Positions 11,801-22,626 of a DNA stretch of 64,000 bases are shown in pieces (the first letter of the stretch is position 1; each line of letters opens with the position of its first letter). The stretch lies in the NCBI GenBank assembly GCA_024704765.1, contig JAKMXF010000110.1, forward strand, positions 372,001 to 436,000. Direction: 5' to 3'. Source of the DNA: Oopsacas minuta (taxonomy: Eukaryota; Animalia; Porifera). A program made the position numbers and the translations under genes. Below the pieces are notes generated by a model, which did not search any database, had not been told where the DNA came from, and worked only from the letters and a program-made list of their open reading frames with translations.

Positions 11801-14590
11801 AATAATGTTTACCTACCATTAGCTATTGTTTACATTGTATATACAGTTATACACTAAAACATAACATAAGACACCTGTTAAGGCAAATGTAAAACCAATT
11901 CTTTATCAATAGCTAAGTTGTAACAAATGTGTAATGAAGTGATACGAAATTGTTCATTCGAACTTTGAATTATAATCTTAGCTCTAAAGGAAATCAATAT
12001 AATGCCTTTAAAGATAAAACACCAACAGATGCCAAGCTAAGCATGTGAGATTATTCAACCTTTGAATGACTCATTATCAAAGGAACTGATTCACTGAGTA
12101 TAAACACAGTCAGTCATACACAATCTAGTATGAAATACGATAATTATTCAAGTTATATGTGGGTAGAATAGCTGTTAAAATAATGTATTGAACCAACATA
12201 GGTTGAAAACAGAATATATTATGCATTATTGTAGTGTATTGTCCCATTTGGGATCAGACAATTCTACTAAGCAGTACGTCATAAATCGATATTGTTAGTG
12301 CATAAATGGAATTTTTCTTTGCTGATTTCTGAAACCCGAATAAACCAATTAAAATACAAATTATCTGACTGATACCAATCCAATTTTCTTCCTTTACTTT
12401 TAAGGAAAAGTGGAAACATTAAAATGGATTCTTTGAGTTCAGGTGAACGTACACATGAACTCATTCCTGGAACAAGTGTGATCATGCATTCTTGTGGAAA
12501 TTATGCATCCTGCAAAGTAAACACCGATATTTGATCATTTATTTGTGAATGAGGTATTAGAATGATGGTTGTTATAGAATATAGATTTATGATTAAAAAA
12601 TAATTGTTTGATTGATTGTTATGATGACTATTGGTTTTAAATATCTGTCTTCTCATTGAGCAAATCTTTTTGCTAAATATTCTAATTCTAGCTATAATTT
12701 CTTGGAATTTTACACTAGCAAATTGTTGAAATTCAATTAAATTACTTACCATACATCTTTCCTTCATCAGAGAGTATAATCTTTCTCCGCCCACATGGTG
12801 GGTATATAGCAAGTGCCTCTTGAAACGCCTGCTCAATGTCAGGTGACCAAACACCCTCGGCGTCATTTGCCCCTGGTGTGTTTGGGTCAGATGCATCTGT
12901 TGTACTTGTGGGTGTTTGTGGGAGGGAAGTGTTTAACGATCCGTTTTGAGTCTGTGTCCAGTCTCCTGCTGGTATTTTGCTTTGTGGAGTGTCAGATGAA
13001 TCATCAGAACCCTAAGAGGAATGTTTACAATCAGGGTCGTTTATTATGAACCAAGCCAGTAGCCCCAATACAAATCATTCCCATTGAATTGGAGTAGCAT
13101 AATGTGTTGTTATAACTGGTGTTCTTATATGCGATACTACTGTATTCTGAACAAGATTTTGGTACCATGTGGGTTCACAACGCGATGAGGCAACCAGATT
13201 GTAATTAATTTCTGTTTCGTAGGAATGCTAATCGAGTACAGGAATCCTGATTCTATATCAAAACTGTTTAACCTCAGAGAAATGTAATATGTTAGCAGGA
13301 ATTAAAATGTTTCAGAAGCCAGTGGCGTTATTACCTTTTTGGATAATACACATTCCCAGCATATCGTCTCGTATCTAGGTTACGTATTAGTAATACAATG
13401 CTAAGTCATTTTGAATACTAAACCAATGAGATTCCTAAATCAACTCATCATTTGTAATTTGAGATTTTAAACTCTACACGGTATATTATTAGAAACATCT
13501 ACTAATATAAATCTTTATACTCTACTTCAGGGTGTTTCAAACTCTCATGGGTAGGCCACACTTCGTATGCAATTATCTATCATGATCAATACTAACCCGA
13601 TTTGGTTCAAATTGGTTATGTTTGGCCACATTGTTCAAAATGGCCACAGGTTGAACTCTCTTAAAAATCACTGTTATTAAGTGTATATGAGTTACTTACT
13701 GCGTCCGAATAATCAATGCTCTGTGATGTATGAGTATCCTTCATCATGAGCTGTCTATTTATACCAGGCCACAATCCCAATCCTGTAGGAGTACCTGTAG
13801 GGGTAACTGGTGTAGAACACGGTCTACCTGGTAGTATCTGGCCCTGTGAAGTCATAATACTAGATGGGATTAGCATGGATTGTATTGTATCAGATGTAGT
13901 GGGTGTTAGAGGAGGAGCTGTGTTTGTATCTGGAGTAGGATTGTTCCATTCGTAAACTTGATTTGTTGTTGGTGTGTGTTTTGTGGGTGTTGAGGGCTAT
14001 GGAATAGATAGAATTGTGAAACTAACTGAAATAGAAATTGCAATCTTAATCGAAAGTTTTAGTTGTTGCAAAAATAAAGATTATTTCGGATTTATTTTAA
14101 TATCCTGGCGTAAATTTTCTGTTTTTGCTTTGCAATATTTCTGGATATTTCCTGGCTAATACCTGAAATCCGAGAAATTTGTAGGAGGTTTTAAAGTATT
14201 TGGTATGTGGCTTTAATTTTGTATTCTTACATTTTGTGAGTTGTCATTAGTACTACTTCTCCTCTGTCTCTTCTGACCAGTAGACTGTTTCCATTCAGTT
14301 CCTGTATTTGTAGTTATAGTTACGGGACTGGATACTGCAGCACTAGGCTCGTTCTCAGCTATCGTAGGCTGATGTACGAACATTGTCTGAGGTCCTGAGG
14401 CTATGTTGGTGGGTGAAAACACCTGTTTGTGTGGATTCGCAAAGGTCGTGTTAATATTAATCGGGTGTCCTGTTACTCCTGTCATTAAATTGGATAGTGA
14501 AACAGGGGTAGGGTGAAGTCCAATTGAGACTGGGTTTATAAGATGTGTGCCATATACGAAGGCTGTTGGTAGTACTGTATCATCTGCCAT
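5887..14590 (-). CDS. TEAD: TEAD/scalloped (TEF-1) transcription factor, 16 exons, about 703 aa
   Basis: Minus-strand exons: 14590-14231, 13996-13700, 13011-12750, 10883-10819, 10512-10450, 10390-10228, 9867-9833, 9746-9671, 9551-9481, 8601-8521, 8319-8260, 8149-8090, 8030-7864, 7491-7410, 7346-7194, 6003-5887 (2112 nt, phases consistent). TEA domain: [39 protein letters not shown]|[21 protein letters not shown]|[15 protein letters not shown]-binding domain: [59 protein letters not shown]|[43 protein letters not shown]. The linker and N-terminal exons are less certain than the domain exons. Confidence 0.95.
6085..6231. mobile_element. MITE family A (Tc1/mariner-pogo-like, TIR CAGTCAACTCC), degenerate copy in last TEAD intron
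   Basis: Right end AACAGGAGTTGACTG|TA plus the internal TTGTACAAAT.TGGTCC.AAACC core shared with the other copies; left end eroded. Confidence 0.7.
7012..7140. mobile_element. MITE family A, degenerate copy (TEAD intron)
   Basis: CCGGTTATATCGAA..TTGTACAAATATGGTCCCAAAC..AAAGTAACAT..CGGTTATATC core shared with the family. Confidence 0.65.
9252..9408. mobile_element. MITE family A copy (TEAD intron)
   Basis: GTCATATCGAAGCTCAAGAGACCGCGAT..ATATTTGTACAAT..CTTCAATATAAGCGGGTATTT..GACGGGGGTTGACTG|TA. Confidence 0.75.
13028..13201. mobile_element. MITE family B (TIR CAATCAGGGTCGCTTATTATGAAC) in TEAD intron
   Basis: TA|CAATCAGGGTCGTTTATTATGAACCAAGCCAGT..AATACAAATCATTCCCATTG at the left end matches the copies at 40793 and 42306. 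The right end ..CAACCAGATTG|TA is degenerate. Confidence 0.65.
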
Positions 14591-14629
14591 TGAGCTAATA
14601 AAATGCTGCTAGTTTGTTGAATAAAATTA

Positions 14630-14830
14630 CAGTCAACTCCTGTTATATCTAAGCTCAAGGGTCCGCGATAATTATTCGATGTAACCGATGAAAATACCTG
14701 TTACTTTGACGGTTTGGAACCATATTTGTACAATCTCAGACTTCGATATAAGCGGGTATTTCGAAATATCCGTGTTCGATATTTTTTGAGTACTTCATAT
14801 GTTGTAATTTATTTCTAACAAGGAGTTGGA
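14630..14830. mobile_element. MITE family A copy immediately upstream of the TEAD start codon
   Basis: TA|CAGTCAACTCCTGTTATATCTAAGCTCAAGGGTCCGCGAT..CATATTTGTACAAT..CTTCGATATAAGCGGGTATTTCG; right TIR is disrupted, so the end coordinate is approximate. Confidence 0.75.
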
Positions 14831-17467
14831 GTGATTTCTGTTTAGGAAAAATATACTTTGAATGTTCCTCTCATCATGAAACTAACATTATCATATTCCT
14901 AACTCCTTATATGTAAGTTCAATTTGTCAATCTATTATCATGTCAAAGAAACTCCCACATCCACTGTAGTAGTATAGTTTATCTTTACGAAAATGTTTAG
15001 AAAAATAGATAGTAACCAAAGATAATTTCGACTTGATATATTTATGCCCGTAAGAGGATTAAGACTTTGTGTGTGTAATGTAGAATATTTTGCCATAAGT
15101 TTGAAAACAAAATCAGACCATTTTTGCACACAAAACTTCAAAAGATGACTTACAGAATCTATAGATATATATCATGAAGGTGTAAGAATTGATTAAATTT
15201 CATTTTTTTACTGTGGTTTAATTAAATGGACATTTATGAAAAATTCCTTATAAAGAATATATTTTGTTTGCACATTGTGACTTAAGCAAAATTAATCCAT
15301 TTGTAAGAAATGCTTCGCTTAACTTTCGTAGTAATGTAATTTCATAGAATCATTCGTGTTAAATATTTGTAAAGTTTGGCATTTGTTTAGTAAGCATATA
15401 ATAGTCTATGGGAGCGATTTATTACAGATACAAATACATACTTTATTAATAGCTACATGCATTAATCATTAGTGTTTGTGTGTTTATTAAGAATAATCAA
15501 GTGTTATAATACGCGTTAACGTATAATACGTTATACGTGATCTATTTGCACGTATTATACGTGTAGATAACCTCGAAATATGGGATTTTCACACTGTTAG
15601 ACTTGTATAAGTCACATTATTATCAAATATTATATAATTTGGTCAACTATGCTGAGATTTCTCATTAACAATTCGAGAACTTTTATTTTGATGCAAACTA
15701 TTTATTGCAGAAATCAGCTTAATAGAGTTTATGCCACTAAAAATTGTAGATTGAACGTGTAATACTTATTATACGTAATACGTCTTCGTTTAAAGACGTA
15801 TTATACATCTTAGAATTGCTTAGCAGTAGTGATTGATAAGCATTGCAATATTTCCAATCCGCAATTTAATTAATGCAAAGAATAATTTACATTTTGAGAG
15901 TTCGTTAACAATCTGTTACTGTTCTAAATCTTGTTAGACGTGTTAAAACATGTTCTATATACACAAATTAATTGACAAGAAGATCAAATTTCACGGAAAA
16001 TGACTTCAACTTCAAATTCCACAATTACCACTTTGTGTGAAAACGATATTCACATAAGTTCAACATAAGTAAATTAAGATATTAAAATAGTTCTAATATT
16101 TTTCAAATAATATAATCTGAATATTTTATATATCTGTGAATTGTTTGTACATAATGACCTTTTATGGATTTTAACCTATTTTAGTACAATCAATTGTTTG
16201 AATACTATTAATTAAAATACTTATATATTTGGTGAATTCGTCCTTCGTAAAAGGCGTTAATTAGACAAATGTATTAATTGTACCTTGTAAATTAGAATAC
16301 TGTATTTATCATCAGTTTGATAAATTCTTGACATTCTTAATATATTGATTTAGTGTATTAGGTCTGTGAAGAGCATTTTGATTAGTCAGGGCTGTGTGGA
16401 ATAATCAAAGGTTGGTACGCCATTATGTCGATGACAAAAGCGTAACTTGAGTGTAGAAATGTTAAAAATGCAAGAAATGTAATAAATGCTAAGATAAATA
16501 GTTGTTCATTCGAATAGACTATATTGAGTGAGTTCATATGTACTGTGGATTTTGAGGGAAATTCACAAATAGAGTTTTTGCAATTTTGAATACAGTTGAA
16601 ATCGGGTTTTTTGCTTTGTCCATTTCTTTACACGAGGAATGAGGACAAATAATCCGATAGACAAAAAATCCGAAGGTATTTACAGTCAAAGCCTATTTCT
16701 TTACAATTTATACTGTTTTTCGGGGACAAAATAACCCGGTTGATGAGTAACACAATTTTACCTGTATACGTTTCTGTAAGAATAAAATGTTGTTATTATA
16801 TACCCATAGAAGTATACTAAGAATATTATTGTACAGATTACTAATTGGTCTAGTGATGTCAGCACCTACTTTTAGCTTATAACTTGCCGAGGTTATATGT
16901 TACATCTGGTGCAACATTCTTCTACTAATCTAAACCAGTCTGGATTAATTCCATATTGGGAATAATAGTATGGATAATTATGACTAATATATTCGAATTA
17001 ATAGCTATTCTGCGAAATTCCCGCTAATAAATTAATATTGTTCAGACAAACATCTGCAGTCTACCTCTCATTTAAAATGTATAGTATATTCGGTCTCCAC
17101 TTTATTTATGAATCGCCACTCAGTACTGAAAACGGAACAGGTACTCTTCATAGCCTTGGCTCCAAGCGAGCTGGGATTATTCCAGTCATCACAGTAGCAA
17201 TTAAATTTACAAACAGCATATCTAGCTCAATAATTGACTGATACACTCTCAATATTATGGGTAAATTTAATATCATTCTTTTTTGAAATTGCATTGAATG
17301 CCTGTTATATAACCCTCTTGGGAGTAGCAATACAAGTTCTTATAACCAACATAACATATACAGGATTAACAGGAATACATAACCATTTTACAGAGGATGG
17401 CGGTTATATGCTCTAATAACCAGCATTCACTGTATTAATAAGTTTCTAGCAATAAATTTAGCATATC

Positions 17468-18376
17468 ATGCTCTTGAAGACACTGCTATTTATTGGAGTT
17501 ATAATCTGTGAATGTTTGGCTATACAATGTCCACGAGGCTTATACTCAATTCCATATAAGGACGGATGTGTTGTATGTTCTCCACGAACTAATGTCACAG
17601 CAAATAACACATTATGTCGTATGTGTGACCCTTATACACATACAGTAGGAGAACCGACAGGAAATTTAACTAAATGTTCGTGTGTGGGTCTACCAACTAA
17701 CAACAAGCCTTGTTTCCCATTCAACACTACTTTTATACCGACAACGAAAATAAATGGGAATAGGGTAATGTTCGTATGGAAAACTATTCATCGTGTTAAG
17801 ACATTGAATGATACAATATTCGGAAAAGTTACTGGTTATAAGATCAGTGGATTACACAACGGGATAACTATTTTTACTCAGAAACTACCAAGCATGAATT
17901 CAACATATTGCTACACATTTTCATCAAACAATATTACTTATGAAATAATCACAGAATTGGAAGCTAATCTTAATAATTATTCTTATTACGGCCTTCCTTA
18001 CAGATTCAATTTAACAATACAGCCAATAACAACAATACCCAATACGATATCTCCAGCTGCAGAATCTGTAATAATAACATTTGCTGTTATATTAATGATA
18101 ATATTTATGGTAGGTATTGTGCTCCTGTTTATATGTACTGTTATGGCACCATGTGATAAATATTGTAAGAGGGGTGAGCGTTTCACTTTCAATTTGGACA
18201 CCAGTGATCCACAATTACGTCGAGTTAATAACAGATTGGATGAAGGTTTTACCTCAATTTATCAACAAGATGATATACTTATGGATGAGCTAAATAGAAG
18301 AGATAGTGGCGAATTGTCTTACTTTATCAACCCTTATTTAGCGGTAAATACAACAGAGATTGATTCTGATAATTAA
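17468..18376 (+). CDS. Intronless type-I membrane glycoprotein: signal peptide, Eph/TNFR-like Cys-rich (GCC2/GCC3-like) module, FN3-like domain, TM helix, about 75-aa tail
   Basis: Hydrophobic N-terminus MLLKTLLFIGVIICECLA; CPRGLYS..CVVC..CRMCDPYTHT..TKCSC; beta-rich region with W..GY..Y spacing; TM VIITFAVILMIIFMVGIVLLFICTVMA; about 10 N-x-S/T sequons. Confidence 0.75.
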   Translation: MLLKTLLFIGVIICECLAIQCPRGLYSIPYKDGCVVCSPRTNVTANNTLCRMCDPYTHTVGEPTGNLTKCSCVGLPTNNKPCFPFNTTFIPTTKINGNRVMFVWKTIHRVKTLNDTIFGKVTGYKISGLHNGITIFTQKLPSMNSTYCYTFSSNNITYEIITELEANLNNYSYYGLPYRFNLTIQPITTIPNTISPAAESVIITFAVILMIIFMVGIVLLFICTVMAPCDKYCKRGERFTFNLDTSDPQLRRVNNRLDEGFTSIYQQDDILMDELNRRDSGELSYFINPYLAVNTTEIDSDN

Positions 18377-20027
18377 TTTGATAATTTGGTTAATTACAGA
18401 TCACTTATGTGTTATGCTCTATTATTTGTCTTTGCTTGTTTATGTAATTGCTGCTTTTATTTGTTTATTTATTTATCAAAATAGAGGGTATTTGGCGAGC
18501 TATAATATCTAAGGGTCTTGTCTTGAAATACTGTGAATTTTGGCAATAACATTCAAGGTTGTCAAATAAGATGTAGTAAAATGTCTCTAAAGTCTAAACT
18601 CAAGAAACTATTCAGACAAATGCTAAAATACTTCCTAATGCTTTCCTCGATAACTTAAGTTACATCCTTAGTTCGAAATTTCAAAGTAATGAACATGAAT
18701 TATTATATTATTTCAAACTAAAGCACTCTCTATATTGTGTTCATAGTACATTCTCAGTATTCGAATACAAGGTTTTTGGAACCTGTTGCTGTTTATACAA
18801 AATATAGAAACTTAGAAATATAATTTATGACAAACATTCACCCATCAGTAGAATACTCCCTGAACCTTTCAACAATTCTATTTTACAATATATCTTAAAA
18901 ATCAACATTATGGGAACAGATCCTTACAAATGTCGTACATTATTGCAACAAGCTTAAGTGAAATGTAGTTTTGGAATCAACATTCCTGTGAATGTAACGT
19001 CATAAACTGCTTGAATCTTAATGCACTAATCTTATAATATCTTTGATACTAAGCTAAGATACTCTCAGCAAATTTGGCAGGTAATCCCGGAAAATAAAAT
19101 GAAACTTAAAAGTTTGTGTTTCATCAGAAAATCTTTCAATAATCGTCAATTCTTAATTAATTAAATCCAGTTTGGAAGAGTTTAATATTGTAAATAATAA
19201 TTCTATAATATTCAATTACTAAAGCTCGTTATTACTCAATATTGTTACCTTGTGTAATAGCAAATATCTATTAACTTCAATAAAAGGTGTGAGAGCCGGT
19301 ATTAAGTGGTGTAATGTGTCAAATATAATTATCTTTGATTTTTCACTATACCTAGGTTACTAATACCAATCAATGCTATGGCTATGGTTTACTATAATGT
19401 ACATTCCTAGCATACCAGACATAGCATTTACTAGGGATTGAGCATAGGTTAGTATCTGCAAACGAGTTTGCTTTGCAATGGTGTTATTGCAGTAAGTAAT
19501 TGTTGTATGATGCAATCTAGATATACTGTAACAAGTACATGTGTCCTCTAATCACATGATGCAGCTATGTGACAACTGCCAACGATAGTAAAGGAAGCAG
19601 CAAGACGGAAAGTTGAATTTTTTAGGGACAATTGCTATACGTATTGGTGGTGGCTGTAGCATGTAATATAATATTAGTCTATACTGACTGAATCTACCAT
19701 ATAATGTGCAATTCTGCTCTTTATCACATTCAGGCTGGGCATAACACTTATTTGATCTCTAATTAAGCGTGACTCCCCGTCAAATACGGGATATTTAGCA
19801 AATATGTAATAGTATCCTCAAAATCTTTACAAGAATGAACAATTATTAAGCTTCACTTTTTCGTACTAAAACTCCATTTTATACAGCTAAAGCTCTCATT
19901 TTTTGCAACATTATTATTGTGCATGTAATTATGTATTTACACGAACAACTACACATGTAAATATTGAAATATATACGTAGCCTTTTATCATTTCATATGC
20001 CGTTAGTTAGCCAGTACTGTAATAATT

Positions 20028-20408
20028 ATGTCAACAAAGAATGGAGGCGAATCTCAGAAGGATGATGTTTCTAAGATAGATATGTACCAACTCATAAAGA
20101 GTGCTACTGACCACACAGACGCCGAGGTAGTGAAATTCAAAAAGGTAGTAAAGAGGAAGGTACTCGGAGATTGTCTGCCGGAAGCTAAGTTAGTTTCTGA
20201 CTGTTATGCTGGTGGATGGTTCAGATGGTGTAGCGAGGAAGTGGATGCATATTGGGCTTGCTACTATGAAAGGAGAGCTTTCTATATCTCAGAATATGCT
20301 AAGAAATTCCAAGATATTGGGAAAAAGAGTCTTACTAAAAGCTTCTTAGATACAGAATACATATGGAACTCAAATTCAGGCGAAAATACGAATAATTCAG
20401 AGAAATAA
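20028..20408 (+). CDS. Small twin-CX9C (CHCH/CMC-like) protein, putative mitochondrial intermembrane-space protein
   Basis: CLPEAKLVSDC (CX9C), an 8-aa spacer, then CSEEVDAYWAC (CX9C) in a 126-aa ATG-initiated single-exon ORF. Confidence 0.7.
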   Translation: MSTKNGGESQKDDVSKIDMYQLIKSATDHTDAEVVKFKKVVKRKVLGDCLPEAKLVSDCYAGGWFRWCSEEVDAYWACYYERRAFYISEYAKKFQDIGKKSLTKSFLDTEYIWNSNSGENTNNSEK

Positions 20409-20897
20409 CGTCAATATTGTAGTTTATGAAATATATATACGAAGGGCGGTTGAGTTGATATTAGACCGAATACCACGTACTAGATATTTTGAATCCATTT
20501 CAAAATGTCTCAGAAAATTAGTGGACAAAATATATCCCGCTAAGTAACAAATGCGAACATATCGTATAATTATACATGTGTGTAGCCATAGTTGTAATCT
20601 AGACTACTTCTCACAGGTGAGAAGCAAGCAATCTTCATAAAGGTACTCTACAGCAATCTCAACCTGCATTCATTCATCTCTCATGAATAGAATTCCAGAT
20701 CTATCAGTCTCCATGGTTAGGAGATTAAGCAATTGGCATTCACACTTTGTTAGTGTTTAGCGTGTACGTGCATGTATTTGAGGCGTTTCAATGATTAAAA
20801 TGGAACATTTTGTACTGATTTAGCTTCAGTCTCAAATTGTGTGAGATTTGCCACACAGAATCATAACATCTTATACATTTTTGGTAAGTATTTATTT

Positions 20898-21024
20898 GTT
20901 TTTACTCTCGTTATAACGAAGTGCTCGGAACCCCTGTTTCATTTTGTTTTACTGAGCGGAGTAAAATCAATTACTTTCAAGCTAAAGGGGTGAAGAATCA
21001 CTTCGTTATAACGGGATTTTACTG
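20898..21024. mobile_element. MITE family A2 (TIR about CAGTAAAATCCCGTTATAACGAAGTG), about 50 bp upstream of ALYREF ATG
   Basis: Inverted ends CTCGTTATAACGAAGTG and CACTTCGTTATAACGGGATTTTACTG|TA. The internal GGAGTAAAATCAATTACTTTCAAGCTA is also found at 57235-57262. Confidence 0.7.
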
Positions 21025-21075
21025 TACTTATATTTGTGTAGATATTCACTTAATATTTCAACTATATTTAGAAGA

Positions 21076-21801
21076 ATGGCTGATACTAGTCTAGATGATT
21101 TTATAAAACAGAAGCGAGTATCTTCTCGCACTATCAGGGGGTCCCGGAGAGGAGGAGGAGGACCTCGTGGAGGCCGTGGAGGTAGAGGGAGACGTCCGTA
21201 CAGTTCGGCTCGCTTCTCTTCCTCTACGACTCGTAGAGGAGCAGGAGCTGGTTTCAAAGCCTCTACCAGGACCCCGAGACGTTCGGGGAGTTTCAGTGGG
21301 AGAGGAGGTGCCACACCTCAGAGTCCAAATAATATCCAGCTTGGGGGACCAATGGGTACCTCCCTGATCGTCTCGAATCTAGAATTCGGAGTCAATGACG
21401 CTGATATACATGAGCTGTTTAGCGAATTTGGTCGCCTCCGTCGCTACGGCGTGCACTACAATGCTCAAGGTAATTCTATCGGTACTGCAGAGGTTGTGTT
21501 TACTAGATCCAGTGATGCTATGAAGGCTATACAAGCTTATCAGGACGTTCCTCTAGACGGAAGACCTATGCGACTACATGTTGCTATGAGCTCATTCCGC
21601 ATAACTCAAATGCCAGGGATGGATAGTCCTGCATCTAATATAAGGGGGGCTGGTATAGGTAGACGTGGAGCGAGGAGAGGACGAGGAGGCAGAGGATCAA
21701 GGGGTGGAGGTAGGAAGATGCCATCAGCTGTTGAACTGAATGATGAGTTAGATGTGTACCATAACAAAAGTAACAAGAGCGTGATTATGGATCAAAACTG
21801 A
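21076..21801 (+). CDS. ALYREF: Aly/REF export factor (THO complex subunit 4), intronless
   Basis: N-terminal REF motif MADTSLDDFIK, RGG-rich arms, RRM (LIVSNLEFGVNDADIHELFSEFG..VHYNAQGNSIGTAEVVF..A.KAIQAY.DVPLDGRPM), C-terminal motif PSAVELNDELDVY. Confidence 0.95.
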   Translation: MADTSLDDFIKQKRVSSRTIRGSRRGGGGPRGGRGGRGRRPYSSARFSSSTTRRGAGAGFKASTRTPRRSGSFSGRGGATPQSPNNIQLGGPMGTSLIVSNLEFGVNDADIHELFSEFGRLRRYGVHYNAQGNSIGTAEVVFTRSSDAMKAIQAYQDVPLDGRPMRLHVAMSSFRITQMPGMDSPASNIRGAGIGRRGARRGRGGRGSRGGGRKMPSAVELNDELDVYHNKSNKSVIMDQN

Positions 21802-22207
21802 TGATACAATATTTAGCTTAGAATATCTCATAGTTCTTTACTTGATTCTCATTATTTCTTAAGCCTCATCTTACTACGCTCTATCTCTTTATTACATTCT
21901 TTATGCAAGAATTTATTATGCTTTATTTTCTAGGTATCATCTTGGCTTCTTGGGTAACAGTGATTGTCCGAATTTCCATTAGTTTTCATGGTCTGCCACA
22001 TTAAAACGTAATATTTGAGGTAGAGTTCCAAAATTTACCGTAGCTTAGATAGTTTACGAGTGTATATAAATGCAATAAAAGACATTTTCGAGAATATCTA
22101 AAAAATCCAGTTGCTGCTACGCGCATGAGTATCTTGCAATTTGCAACTTTTAGTTATCAGTTATCACATTCCTAAGTTAATAATTATTTATCCATAAGAC
22201 CATAACC

Positions 22208-22338
22208 CAGCCGTTCCCAACCTTTTCACTCGTATGCCCCTTCCCATAGATTACAATACAAACCTTGACCTCCTGTGGACCCCCAGGAGCCGCCCGTGGA
22301 CCACTAAGGGGTCTATGGACCTAGGTTGGGAACGGCTA
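22208..22338. mobile_element. hAT-type MITE (131 bp) with exact 8-bp target-site duplication
   Basis: TIRs CAGCCGTTCCCAACCT / AGGTTGGGAACGGCTA, flanked on both sides by CCATAACC (22200-22207 and 22339-22346). An 8-bp TSD is characteristic of hAT elements. A degenerate relative lies at about 7730-7785. Confidence 0.9.
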
Positions 22339-22626
22339 CCATAACCCACCAAAAATATTGAAATTGGTCGCTTTGTCATGCCACCAAAACATACTTACAG
22401 ATTTTGAGCTCCTTTCCAAAGTGTAATCGTGGCTAATTGCTACCTGATTAACAATCTGGTTGCTTAAGTAGGCTACTAAGATATTCTAATTTGTCGTACT
22501 ACTATTACGTATGCTTAAACCTTCTATATCTCTCTGTCTAAAAGTATGCTTCTTTGTCTATAAATAGATCTGTATAGATTGTAATTACAGAATTCACTTG
22601 TATTGATATTCTTTATTTTGAAATTT

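Noticed and set aside
12501-13049. ORFs 12501-12896 (-) and 12813-13049 (+)
   Set aside because: Wrong-frame or antisense overlaps of the TEAD TEA-domain exon (13011-12750).
18500-19900. Possible hidden gene or TE between the receptor and the CX9C gene
   Set aside because: Translation of the frames I tried gave only short ORFs with no motif or consistent splice chain.
21006-21367. Overlapping ORFs 21006-21314 (-) and 21167-21367 (+)
   Set aside because: By-products of the GC-rich RGG coding region of ALYREF.
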